NCBI GenBank assembly: GCA_964016885.1
Contig: OZ024749.1
Location: 35,712,001-35,776,000 of the forward strand
DNA: 64,000 bases
Direction: 5' to 3'
Source of the DNA: Eledone cirrhosa
Lineage: Eukaryota
The position numbers were made by a program, and so were the translations under genes. Numbering within the stretch: position 1 is the first letter of the stretch; each line of letters starts with the position of its first letter. The notes below the pieces were generated by a model, which did no database searches, was not told the origin of the DNA, and saw only the letters and a program-made list of their open reading frames with translations. Below, in pieces: positions 1-13,274 of this stretch.

Positions 1-511
1 AATGACTAGAATCAATAAAAGAATATACATGTGTGTCTATGTATGTTTGTTCATAAATATGTTGGTATTACTCATATAATTTTGAATCACCATCAAAGAA
101 TATATAAAAAGAGAGTTCAATCTACTTTACTGATATATTCTTTGCTCTTTGCTCTCACATTTTCTCATGAAATACCGTGAAATCTCATGAAATCTCATTA
201 GTGTTCCTAGAGATTATCATGTCTGTAGAATATCTTGTATTTTACATTTCCTGCGACTGTTCAATAATAGTAGAGATCATGTGCAGCAGACTTTACTATG
301 CAATGTTGCCAGGATTCTACTCAATATGTTATCATCTACCATCTACCATCAACCATTATTAACTGTCAGGAAGTATCTATATGGCAGACTTTACCTGCTG
401 TGGTTTATGGAATGACGAATGACAGAATGACAGAATGACTGTTCCAGAACATTAAAACAGCAAGTATACAACAAGAAACATGTACAACTGCCTACCCCCT
501 CCTCTCTCCCC

Positions 512-579
<68 letters not shown>

Positions 580-610
580 AGATCAAAAGATGGTTAAAGG
601 AGTTCAATAT

Positions 611-679
611 ATTTTATTATGCGCATTTCAAAAACAAACATCATCAAACAATAATATTTGTGTTTTCATCAGATAAAAC
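611..679 (-). ncRNA. Mirror copy of the hammerhead ribozyme in the left palindrome arm
   Basis: Exact reverse complement of 794-862. Confidence 0.75.
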
Positions 680-793
680 AGGAGAACATGATATGAAGGC
701 TAAAAAAAACACTTGTTGATAGTGCAGTTTTAAATCAACATATAACTGCACTATCAACAAGTGTTTTTTTTAGCCTTCATATCATGTTCTCCT

Positions 794-862
794 GTTTTAT
801 CTGATGAAAACACAAATATTATTGTTTGATGATGTTTGTTTTTGAAATGCGCATAATAAAAT
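794..862 (+). ncRNA. Minimal type I hammerhead ribozyme
   Basis: Stem I gttttat/ataaaat; CTGATGA 801-807; stem II aaa/ttt, C.U mismatch, then 12 bp acaaatattatt/gatgatgtttgt; GAAA 844-847; palindromic stem III A-tgcgca-T; cleavage nucleotide A855. Confidence 0.8.
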
Positions 863-984
863 ATATTGAACTCCTTTAACCATCTTTTGATCTTATATTA
901 TGCATACTCCAGTCCCACAAACTGTAGAGTGCTTCTTATCCGATATCTGCATTGCTTTATTGTACTACAATAAAACTCACCTCC

Positions 985-1021
<37 letters not shown>

Positions 1022-1654
1022 TGTACCGATTGTGTTGTTATTTCTGTTTACCTTTTACATACATACATATATATATATACACACATATATGTGTGTGTTT
1101 ATGTGTATGTATATCTATATCTATATACACATGAGCATACATATACATATGCACACATCAACAAATTTGCAAAGTCATTAGAATACTATAGAAAATGCAT
1201 TGCTATATTCGTTGTGTGTCTCTCTACACTCTGATATCAAATTCCTCTGTGGTTAACTTTGCCTTTTGTTCCTTTGAGGTCAATAAACAAAGTACCATTA
1301 TAGTACTGGGGTCTCTATCTCATTCTTAATTTCTCTATCTCTCTCTTTCACTGGAATAAATTGACTGTGTTCAGACATGGAAAGGGATAAACTGCAGCAG
1401 GTTTAAATGGCCATGAGATATTGTATGTTATAATGTTGCTCCTATGACGCCATGATGAGTTCAGGACTCATGGACGGATATATTATCTTTTATTCTTTTA
1501 TGTGTTCGAGCCAAAGAGCAGATTGATACTGGAGTCAGGTCTATCACATAGATAAAGACCTCGAGCTAATCATTTGTGAAACATATGTAATGTTTGATAT
1601 GCAATAAAACATTTTAAAGTGATATTTCATTATCTAATACATAATATGCATATA

Positions 1655-1688
<34 letters not shown>

Positions 1689-2911
1689 GCATTGATCTAC
1701 ACAATAAACACACTCAGTACATGCTGTAAAGTGGTTGGGGATAGGAATGGCATCCAGGCTTAGAAAGTTTGCCAGATAAAGGGTCAGGAAGACCCTTCAG
1801 TCATGTCAAGAACATGACAGTTTCCTAGTTATGGTGATCTACACGATAAATGTATTCAGTACACTCTGTAAAGTGGTTAGTGATAGGAAGGGCATCCAGC
1901 CATAGAAATCTTGCCCAACAAAGGGTTGGGAGGACCCTCTGTTGTGTCAAAGACTTTGCAATCTCTCTGGCACACTCAGTGGAACATCAACCATATAGAC
2001 ACAGATCACTTGGAGATCTGTAGCTCTACTTCAGTACTGACTTGGTCTATGTAGACCCGTAACTCTTGCCTCAGGGAAAATGGACATTAAAATGGCAATG
2101 ATGATGATCATCATGATACACTTTCCTCACCATCTGTATTTCTATATATGTACAAGAGATGGAGAACGAAAGGAAACCCATCTTCAGAGTATACATCTAG
2201 AGATCATTCAGTGGAAACTCTCCAACATGACCAACAAATGGAAACCTGTGTTGTTTCATTTATGCATCAATTTTCTATCCACCACATATTAACTTTTGTT
2301 TTCTCCTACTTGGAAGTTTCAAGCACTTATCTAAATATATCTAAATATCTATAGAATACAGAGAGAATCAATTCTTCTTTGGCTGGTTATATTGGAGAGA
2401 TTTATTGTATTTCTCACAAGTTTTATAGTATGCTATAAAATACACACAATTATAAATTATCAGAGCTGGAAAACAGAAACATGAAACCAAAGGATATTAT
2501 TTCCATAATACTTATTATTCTGATATCTTTTTCTTCTCTGAAATATAACACTCACTGAAGATAAGATATTGTATTCGTGTTAAATGATATTGATGATGAT
2601 GATGATGATGATTATTATTATTCTATAATATGAAGGATCCTCTCTATGTTGCAATAGTGAACATTCAGCTGTTTGATTGGCTGAATGTTTGATTTGTTAT
2701 GTTAAAGGTACAACTCATGATTGCCTGGCAAGTGAACTGAAGTAGCATGGATTAAAGTGTCTTGCTGAATTACCCAACACATCTTCAAGGATCAAACTAA
2801 TGCTCGTGAATTGAATACCTTAAACAGTAATCCAGAGATTCAGAACTTCAACAGTATACTTTGAGGAAGCACAAACAATCTGTATTTATTAACTTTGAAA
2901 GACACAATAAT

Positions 2912-3097
2912 TGTTTCTACTTTTGGCACAAGGCCATCAATTACCCAGTACATTACTGGTACTTTATTTTATCGACCCCGTAAGGATGAAAGGCAAAGTT
3001 AACCTCAACGGGATTTGAACTCAAACCGTAAAGGGACATAACTATGCTAGAAAGCATGGCGTCCAACCCTCTACCGATACTGCCAATTCACCGCCCT
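2912..3097 (-). mobile_element. tRNA-derived SINE, family A (full length)
   Basis: A/B-box-like head (tggcagtatcggtaga...gagttcaaatcc) and body gcctttcatccttacggggtcgataaaataaagtacc. 13-bp TSD aagacacaataat at 2899-2911 and 3098-3110. Many copies in the window. Confidence 0.85.
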
Positions 3098-3174
3098 AAG
3101 ACACAATAATGAAAGACACAATAATGAGGCAATGACCCAATAATATATAATTAATGAGATATCTGTCAAATTAT

Positions 3175-3492
3175 GAAGGTGCATGGCTTAGTGGTTAGAA
3201 CATTGGGCTTGCAATCGAAAGGTTGTGAGTTCGATTTTCAGACCGGGTTATGCATTGTGTCCTTGAGCAAGACACTTATTTCACATTGCTCTGTTTATTC
3301 AGCTGTAGAAATGAGTTACGATGTCACTGGTGTCAAGCTGCATTGGCCATTGCCTTTCCTTTGGAGATCATCAGTGGCGTGGAGAGAGGAAGTTGGTATG
3401 CATAGGGAACTGCTGGTTTTCCACAAACAACTTTGCCCAGACTTGTGCCTCGGAGGAAAACTTTCTAGGTGTAAATCCCATGGTTATTTACC
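3175..3492 (+). mobile_element. tRNA-derived SINE (family-B-type head, different 3' body)
   Basis: Head catggcttagtggttaga...gagttcgatt. 12-bp TSD ctgtcaaattat at 3163-3174 and 3493-3504. Confidence 0.8.
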
Positions 3493-4332
3493 CTGTCAAA
3501 TTATATGCTGACAACATTTTGGCTTTATTCTTAAAGCAGCTATATGATGAAATAGTACTTATAAACAGTACTTATAAACAAACTACATCTGATTTATAAA
3601 ATGTTGTAGTTTGCTTGAAGCATTGCATATAATATGTAATGTGGAAATAAAGCTGAACAATATATAATATATAATGTGATATAAGCCTAACAATGCAAAA
3701 TAAATGATAAGATGAAGGTAACAAAAAAGTAAGTTACTTGGTAATCTTTGTTTTATTTTTTGTTGTTGCTATTGTTTCTTTCGTCCTAATATTTCGGGAC
3801 TTAAAATTCCCTTCTTCAGAGTATAAGGAACTTTCAGAGAATAGTGTTCTGGTTTCTTCTGTGATTACCATTTCTAAGCTTGATCTTGTCATTTAAATTA
3901 AGATTGTTATAAGGAATAGCATGAACAATTTTGAGCAAATTCACAGATAAATATTTCAGTTCAAAGAATAACATGATGTGTTTCTTACTCTGTATCTTTT
4001 CTCTGGAATCTAAATAGAAAGTAAACCACTAGATCAGTGTTTGAAATGTGTTCGAAAAGTCATAACCTATTTAACCTATTTAACTTTCTTCTTCTCCTAC
4101 ACATCATAGCTCACAGGAAACATTTACATATTGAAATCAATATGTGCCGTTCAATCATATTGATATTTTCTTAATCCCCCACGCAGTGTATAGATTTATT
4201 CGCTCTGTTTCACAAATACATCTGAAGGAAAAAAAATCAACCAAGAATGATCTGGAATGGTCTAAAGACAGGAATTTGTTCGGCTTTTTTTTCGTTTTTT
4301 TTTTTGTTAATTTTTTTTTTCTTATCTGTTAG

Positions 4333-4384
4333 GTCTGGAGAAAGAGATTTGACCATGACCTTATCAGACCTTCCGAGACAGATG
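4333..4384 (+). other. Weak candidate micro-exon
   Basis: Long poly-T tract plus ttag acceptor; 52 nt open in two frames; poor GTGTGG donor. No homology recognised. Confidence 0.15.
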
Positions 4385-5398
4385 GTGTGGTGGTAGTGGT
4401 GATGATGGTATGCTGGTGGTGCATTTTGTGGTAATGTAGTGATGATGTTGGTGTGTTTTGTGGAGATGTAGTGATGATGGTGGTGTGTTTTGTGATGGTG
4501 TATTTTGTGGTGGTGTAGTGATGGTGGTGGTGGTGTGTTTTGTGGTGATGCAGTGACGGTGGTGGTGTGTTGTGGTGTGGTGTGGTGTGGTGTGGTGTGG
4601 TGTGGTGGCATGTTTTGTGCTGATGGTAGTGATTTTGTGATGTAATGTGGAGGTGTGTTATGAGGTTGATGTGATGTGCTTTTTTTTATGTGCTAGGTTT
4701 GGATGAAGGGGTTATACCAATGGCATTTGCAAGCCAACTCCTGCAAATATGAGTGTAGGGAGGAGAGAATTCCAGAGGGATGTCATTCTTGGGAAGAAGG
4801 ACTAGACATAGGGGTTAGCATATGGCTGGAATGTGGTGGTGGACATAATCTAAGTGATGAGAGAAGGGCAGAGAGGTAAAAAGAGCAGGAGTGCCTAACT
4901 TGTCATAAAAGAAGTTTCTTATTATCACAGCTGTCTTAATATGGAGTTGATCCTTTCCTGGTGAGCCACAACACGATTGTGATGACTAAGAACAGCGTTT
5001 CACTATTATGCCTTCAGGGGAAAGTGTCCCAGCATTTGGGAAAGAGATAGGGAAGGGAAAATAAAACGCCCCAATCCATTTGGTTGGTAAATATTTCTGT
5101 GGTTTTCTTCAAATGATTCACAATCTTAGCCATATCCTGTGGGCATTTCTTTTACTTTGATACATAACTCAGCGTGTGTGTGTGCTCTCAGATACACGTG
5201 GACATACACATATATATATATACACACCACACACACCAGTAAATGTATCTGCATATACACAATCACATTCAAACACAGACGTCTTTTCATATATCTACAT
5301 CATATATATATATATAGTTATATATATATATATATATATAGTTATATATATATATAGTTATATATATATATATATATAGTTATATATATATATATAGT

Positions 5399-5458
<60 letters not shown>

Positions 5459-5615
5459 CGTCATTATCATCATCATGATCAATTAACATCCATTTTCCTC
5501 TAACAGATTTGGACTAATCACATATATAAAAATATATATGCATACACACATATTCTCCCATACACACACACACAGGTATACAGAGAGAGAAGTATGGAGA
5601 AACAGATATACGAAC

Positions 5616-5664
<49 letters not shown>

Positions 5665-5759
5665 TGAGGAGAAAGAAGAATACTGCGTGGTTTGCACATG
5701 GGTTACATATGATAAAAATAGTCCTTCGTCAGTGATTTTCCAACCATCATTGGTATTTC

Positions 5760-5791
<32 letters not shown>

Positions 5792-7199
5792 GTGTATATC
5801 TATGTGTGTGTATATATATATATATATATATAAGAGACAGGGTGGGGAGAGGAGTGAAGCAGCTAGTTCTATCAGTTGGTCACATAGTATGTGTGTATAT
5901 GAGGAAATTATTGAGGAAAATCAATTATGTTCACCATATAAAACCACCATTCAGTCTACCCCTCCCCTCCCCCCCTACATCACCCACCGCCGCCACCACC
6001 ACCACCAACAACACATCACCCACCACTACCACCACCACCACCACCAACACGTCATCCCACCACCAACACCACCACCAACACATCACCCCCCCACCAACAC
6101 CCCCCCCCCCCAGCACATCACCCCCTCACCACCACCACCAACAACAACAACACTTCACCCCCACACCCCACCACCATGATCACCCCCCCCCCCCCCACAC
6201 ACACACTGAACAACTGATATAGTCACATTGTGACAGAGTTATCACATCTCAGCTAGAACAGCAATACAGTACCGGAAAATCAACTGTGTTAGCCATATAG
6301 TGTCAATACAATCACCACTGTACTAACACAACTTCTGATATAGTCACATCATGGTGCAGTTATCACATCACTGAAATACAGGAAAAGCAATTGTGTCAGC
6401 ACCAATCACCACACACACACACACACACACTCACACACGCACTCACATACTCACAGACACACAAACACGCACATGTACATTCACACACACACACACACAT
6501 CTCTTGGTACAGTCATATGGTGACACTGCTCTCACAGCAATGCCATACAATACAGGAAATGTTAACAGCAAGATTCCGGCAGAAAAATAAGCATACACAC
6601 ACACACACACATACATACATATATATAAATGATATATATATATATATATATATCATTTATATACATACACACACACATACACATATATATATATCATCAT
6701 CATCATCATCGTTTAATGTTTGCTTTCCCTGCTAGCAAGGGCTGGGTGAGTCTATATTGACCAAGTCAGTACCCAAGTGTTGCTACTGACCACCCAGACA
6801 AGCTGAGAGGTCTGCATCTGCCTTACATATGCTCATATGTTCTATCAAGTACAGAGGAGAAGTTGTTCTGTTTTTGACACAAACTGAAGGGTGCTCAAAG
6901 GATGTAGTGGGATAATGAGTAGACTAACAGGAAGGGAGAACTTTGCTAGTAGAAGATGCACAGGAAGACTGCTAATGATATAAACATTTTCCTGTCACGG
7001 GAAGGGTCCATAGACGTCTTTTGAATCAATTAAAGATATTTATCATTTTTTTCAATTCACAAGGAAATTCGTATTTTAATTCATGTTTGCATACCTTCAT
7101 ATAAGATATATATATATATACTTATACATGGTGTAGTCTTGGTTAAACACTCTGTATTTATACATATATAACTATATATATATATATATATATATATTA

Positions 7200-7573
7200 A
7201 TAGAATATTAGTCTACGACTTCATTTATACCATAAACGTGGTTTTGTCTTTGTGTGTAATTGTTTTCACCGCTCCAAATTATGACGTATTATTTTCGTTT
7301 TTTTTCGTTCTTTGCCAGGGAACGTTTCCACGAACCAAAGTATCGTCTTCCTGTCTTCCTTCGGTTGCAACGTTTTTCGAAATATTTACTTTTGCATTCA
7401 CAGATTGATTTTTTTAGTTTCAGAAGATCCAGTTAAGGGTGAAAGCAATGATTCTTTGCTTAAACTTTAATCTGTTATTTTAATAAATATTTGCTCTAGG
7501 GTTCTTATATATTTGATATATATTTATCTTTATCGAACCCTCTTTGGCTTTTAGTCTTCAAATTTATTATTAT

Positions 7574-7580
<7 letters not shown>
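7200..7580 (+). mobile_element. (TA)n-embedded repeat, probable PLE 3' end
   Basis: The 7420-7580 part recurs at 25005-25075 (+), 34692-34750 (-) and 62010-62110 (-). Bounded by (TA)n. Confidence 0.55.
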
Positions 7581-7620
<40 letters not shown>

Positions 7621-8167
7621 CTAGTATAGAAAACAGACTTTAAATGAAGATGATAATGATGTATATAGTCTTGCAGGTAGAAGCATACGGAGCATATATA
7701 CATACAAACATACAAAGAAAACCTAACTCATAGACATAGGCACACACCCATACACATATACACAAACATGCACACACGCACAGACATACATATAATATAA
7801 AACTTATACATGTACTTTCAGAGACACACACACTCACACACAGTCACAACAAACTTGTATTTGAAAATATAAATAAAATGAAGGTATTAAAAGTTGTCTC
7901 ATTTTTAACAAATAAAAGAAAGGAACAATTTTTTCATGGTGCATGCATCTGTTAATGTAATTCAGTAGAACCAACCGGAAATATCTGAGCATGATTCTTT
8001 GAGTGATGCTGTTGTTTGATTCTTTGTGCTTAAGAATTTATCAGAAACAAATCTATGACCAAACTGTTATTTAGAAATCTCCTCGAGGCAAAATTTCCTT
8101 TAAGCTATGTACATCTCTGACTGTGTAGTCATTGTGTAGGTGTCACACACATCAACCTCATGACATG

Positions 8168-8530
8168 CAGTAGCTTTGAAATATTGCCACACAATAGCTT
8201 TGAAATGCTGCCACTCAGTTGCTTTGAAATGTTGCCACCCAGTTGCTTTGAAATGTTGCAACTCAGTTGCTTCGAAATGTTGCCACTCCGTTGCTTTGAA
8301 ATGTTGTTCCTCGGTAGCTTTGAAATGTTGCCATACAGTAACTTTGAAATATTGCCCTACAGAAGCTTTAGAATGTTGCCACTCAGTTGCTTCGAAATGT
8401 TGCCAGCTGCAGCTCTGAAATGTTGCCACCCAATAGCTTTGAAATGTTGCTCCTCAGTAACTTTGAAATGTTGCTTAGCTGCTCTGAAATGTTGCCACAC
8501 AGTAACTTTGAAATGTTGCTGCTCAGTACT
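8168..8530. repeat. 24-bp minisatellite (agctttgaaatgttgccactcagt-like), ~15 copies
   Basis: Tandem units seen directly; 8-aa periodicity in the overlapping ORFs. Confidence 0.95.
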
Positions 8531-8743
8531 ATAAACATAGTTCTCAGGGAGATTCAGCATGATGCATTGTTTGACATGCCTGGCTTCTTTGAATTACAGG
8601 TACAATTCATTTTTTTCAGCTAAATAGACTAGAGCAATGTGAAATAAAGCAGGTTGCTCAAATAAACAATAAACTGTTTAGATTTGAACTTATGATCTTA
8701 TGGTGAAGAGTGAAATGCCCTAAGCACTAAGCCATATGCTTTT

Positions 8744-8995
<252 letters not shown>

Positions 8996-10037
8996 GCATT
9001 ACGTAGACTTCTGACTTTGGCTTAAGGCCACATATTTAGAGAGGAGAAGATGGTGGTGGTGGAAGGGGAGAAAGAAGGAAACCAAATGACTTCATTCATT
9101 TGTCAAAGATATTTTATGTATATATAAATATATATACATGAACAGCCTAAACTACATGCATATATGTGTGTGTGTATGTGTATATATATATGTGTGTGTG
9201 TGTGTGTGCGTGTATGTATATATGTGTGTATGTATATATATATGTGTGTGAATGTATATATATTTGTATGTATATGTATATATATATGTGTGAATGTATA
9301 TATATTTGTATGTATATATATATATGTGTGTGTGAATGTATATATATTTGTATGTATATATATATGTGTGTGTGAATGTATATATATTTGTATGTATATA
9401 TATATATATATATGTGTGTGTGAATGTATATATATTTGTATGTATATATATATACGTGTGCATGTATGTAAAGATATATATATATATATTTCTATATATA
9501 TATATATATTCCTTCCTTATTTTGTCATTTAGTACAAAAGCTGACCAGCAAGTTGATCAGAGAGAAATTGTAGTTTTGCTTTCTCCCTCCTCCTTCATTG
9601 GTAGAATATATTAAAATATGATAGGTTTTGAGAAACAAAGATAACCACTTTAATATTATTCCCAGATCAATAGTAAGCACGGATTTCAGGGAATGATTCT
9701 AAAATGTGTTTCTTTCCTTTTTCTTTTTTTGCCTATCGGCTTGCATTATTGATCTTCGGCGATGTAATAATTAAATGATAGAGTGTTCCAGTTAAATAGC
9801 TCAACCTGTTCAGTTCTGGGTACAGCAATGTTAGTGTGAGTTAAGAGAACTGTATGAGTCATAATTCACAGTGCTAACTTTACATTTCAAAGGGATTTGC
9901 TCTTATTGAAGTATTATTGTTGCTTTTCTTTTTACTGTATTAATGAATAACTCAATAAATGCTGCTATTTCTAGTGTGGTTACGTTCCACCTAATTTGTG
10001 AAACATAGACACTAGCTGCTGTACATTATAGATAGAT

Positions 10038-10705
10038 TTCTTTATTTACCATAAAGGCATAAAAAGAAGGGACAAATACAAAGGGGGAGTTTACATATAA
10101 TCGAGTAAAAAGGGTGTAACATGAAAATAATCGAAAATAACCTCAAAAGGGAGGGGACGTGATGGGGTTACACCCCCCCCCCCCGAAAAAGTGTGCAATC
10201 CTTTGCCCGGGGAGCACATGGAGAAGGTGCTCCCCTCTCCTTTACTTCTTTACCTACAGGATGGTATACAGAGAAGGCCCATTTACACGAGCCATTCTCG
10301 CCACTATCACCCACCTTTCATAAAACTGCCTGTGGCCAAGCACCTCTCTCTCCATTCTTATCCTTCTTCCGAAGTGATATCGGAAGAAGTAGACCAGATT
10401 ATGGCCAGAGAGGAAGTTGCCTGACCTCAGACCTTTCAATCGTGTCCACCAAACAACCTCTTTCAACATGGCTATTACGCACAGAAAAACCGCCTTTGCT
10501 TCCTTTGTGAAGAGGGGAGGCGGTTTGATTGTCATCACGGACTCGGCGGTCAATTTAATCGGCGCCACCCGCGACAGCAGTCGTTCGGCGTAGCCCCACA
10601 GATCAGCCACGCCCGGACATTGCACCAATGCGTGCGCAACGGTTTCTTCGTGACGCACGCATCTAGGGCAAATCTTTTTTGAGGGATCCCTGCCCGGGCG
10701 CCCGT
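10038..10705 (-). mobile_element. 5'-truncated L1/Tx1-clade LINE (ORF2 C-terminus with CCHC knuckle plus 3' UTR)
   Basis: Minus strand reads CPRCVRHEETVAHALVQC...VVWWTR... 19-bp TSD ctgtacat(t/g)atagatagat at 10019-10037 and 10706-10724. Confidence 0.85.
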
Positions 10706-11541
10706 CTGTACATGATAGATAGATAGAGAAATAGATGAGATAGCTGGATGGATAGATGGATGGATAGATAGATAGATAGGTAGATAGGTAGGTAGATAGG
10801 TAGGTAGGTTTGGTACAAAGCAGTTTTTATTGTGTTGAATGGATACTTAGAGATGTGTATAGGCATGATCAGGCAGATTCTGTGGATTTTGTTGACTAGT
10901 TAGACAGTCTGAAGTTGACTATATAGACTCAGTGTGTAGATGTTTGGATATATATAGTGTGTAGATGTTGAATGGATATATATAGTGTGAATATGTTGAC
11001 TGGGCAGACATACTCTATATATGTTGACTAGATATATTTAGTGTGTAGATGTTGAGTGTAAAGGTAGAGTGTACAGATATTGAGATTTATTCATGTTCTA
11101 CAGAGTACACTGGTAAAAAATTAACAAATTCTATTGAGCCTTCTATATTATATTCTAAACTACAGAAAGTATTTAACACATCCGTAGTTAATTTGGAGTG
11201 ATTCTAGGAAACTGTTTCATTGAGACTAGTGCCAAATATTTTTGTACTTTCACTTATTGTAGATTTAAGCTAGAACACACTCACATGATCACATTCAAAT
11301 TATTCCAGCCTAGTAGTTTGGGTGTTAGACTCACAGTCATAAGGTTGAAGGTTTAATTCTTGGACTGGATGGCCTATTATGTGCTTGAGCAAGATACTAC
11401 TTTTCATGCTGTTTTACTGTAGCTCCAATCATTGAAACATCCAAGAAACCTCCCATCAGATACAATTTTGTAAGAGACCAGGTAAACCTATATAGGTGTG
11501 AGCTGTAACAACAAGACAGGACTGGAGTTTCTATCATTTAA

Positions 11542-11758
11542 CCCTTTAGCATTTACATAATTCTATATTTACTATTGTATTTTCACAGTAAACACTTTAT
11601 TTCACATTATTATCTCACATAATATCGAATCTACGAGATTTGATATTAGTTATTCTGAGAACAATACCTTAACACAAGGATGAGTAGCTGGTTATGGCCA
11701 GTTTGAACAGAAAGAGGTGAAGAATTCTAGCCAGATATGGCCGGTTTAAATGCTAAAT
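11542..11758 (+). mobile_element. piggyBac-type MITE (diverged copy)
   Basis: Starts ttaa-ccctttagcattta; homologous to 35041-35248. Confidence 0.7.
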
Positions 11759-12879
11759 TGAAATTATAAATTCAAAATTTCTGTTTCCTATTCCATGGGA
11801 TAGAGCTCAGTGTCATACGTAAAACAAGTAATATGTTTGTAACTACTTCCAATGTTAGATAAACATGATCACAACATCATCTTGTTAGCTGAAACATATC
11901 TGACAACCAAATTATCTTATATTCACATAAACATATATATATATATATAAACACATACACACACAAGACACGGTCACACGACCCAACTGGCCTCAAGTGG
12001 GACAAACCCATCTAACCCATTCTAGCATGGAAGATATATGTTAAACGATGATGGTGATGTTGATGATATACACACACTACACACACTATACACACACACA
12101 CACACACATATACATATATGTTCACATATATGTATATATGTGAACATGTATCATTGGTGTTGTAGTTAGAAGGAATGGCATCATGAAAGACATCCCTTTT
12201 ATATTTTATAATTTCACTTTTCTATTTCCCACCTTTCTGTCTCACATAAAAAACAATATATTGCAATTAAACACTAACACATTGCAGCTAATTTGTATTT
12301 GTTTATTTGTTTATTTTTCTCATGTTTTCTAAATTTCCTCATCTTTCTCACTGTTCTCACCTTTCTTTCCTAACTCGATTGATCTTAGCAGATGTTTTTA
12401 ACTCTTCTCTTACCATATTTCTAATGAAAGACACGGCCTGGGATTTTCAAATAGCTTTGAAAATAATGAAGAATCTTGTGTAATTTAGTTATGTAACTAG
12501 TGTTCTTGTTATTGAACCAGTGTTTGGAACATAACAAATGTTCTTACATAAAACCATGATGGAAGGTTCTTAATTAAATATAAACACTTTAAAACAAACA
12601 GTTTTGTATTGTAGAACCGAGGATAGTTTCAGGTTCTTTGATCATAGAATTGTTAAACAAACATCTGCAATGAAGAATCATAAAAGACATTCTTTTCAGT
12701 TCATTAACACTGCAACTATATTTTATTAAACCTAATTAATCTTAAATGAATAAATGGTGATCCTTCTGATTGAATAATACACCTGCTTCTGACATTATGT
12801 TTGAGCATCATCTTTGCAGAAACCTTTCCAAATGTTTTGTAGAATATTCACTAAATATTATTATTATTATTATCATTAT

Positions 12880-13270
12880 TGGTGGATTGGCAGTATCAGT
12901 AGAGTGTCGAACAACATGCTTTTGGGCATAGAGTTACGACCCTTTATATTCTGAGTTCAAATCCTTCCATGGTGAGCTTTGCCTTTCATCCTTACTGGGT
13001 CAAAAAAATAAAGCACCGGTTTAGCACTTGGTTCGATTTAAATGACTTTTCACTACCCCACCAAATTGCTGGCCTTGTGCCTAAATCAGAATTGGCAGTA
13101 TCGGTAGAGGGTTGGATGCCATGCTTTCCAGCATAGTTATGTCCCCTTATGGTCTGCGTTCAAATCCCGCCGAGGTTAACTTTGCTTTCATCCTTACGGG
13201 GTCGATAAAATAAAGTATCAGTAATGCACTGGGTAATTGCTTGCCTTGTGCCAAAAGTAGAAACAATTAT
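12880..13270 (+). mobile_element. Two tandem family A SINEs
   Basis: Two consecutive heads (about 12880 and 13091), each with a family A body. Confidence 0.8.
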
Positions 13271-13274
13271 TATA

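Larger units (their letters stand above)
572..988 (+). mobile_element. Penelope-like element remnant: perfect 158-bp inverted repeat (572-729 / 744-901, 14-nt loop) plus ~87-nt 3' tail, inserted in (TA)n
   Basis: The arms are exact reverse complements by eye and each contains a hammerhead core. The tail 902-988 runs into (TA)n, and (TA)n also borders the left arm. An inverted pseudo-LTR plus tail plus hammerhead is the known PLE layout. Confidence 0.8.

Noticed and set aside
3783-3835. Minus-strand hammerhead (CTGAAGA aggga..tccc GAAA tatta)
   Set aside because: Core and stem II are present but stem I does not pair; at best a decayed copy.
4697-5090. Possible exon, or old PLE C-terminus on the minus strand (GTLSPEGI)
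   Set aside because: Stops and frameshifts; the motif is too short to call.
7420-7455. CAGAAGA-stem-GAAA hammerhead variant (also near 25004)
   Set aside because: U4 is substituted and there is no stem III or UH site, so it cannot be supported as a ribozyme.
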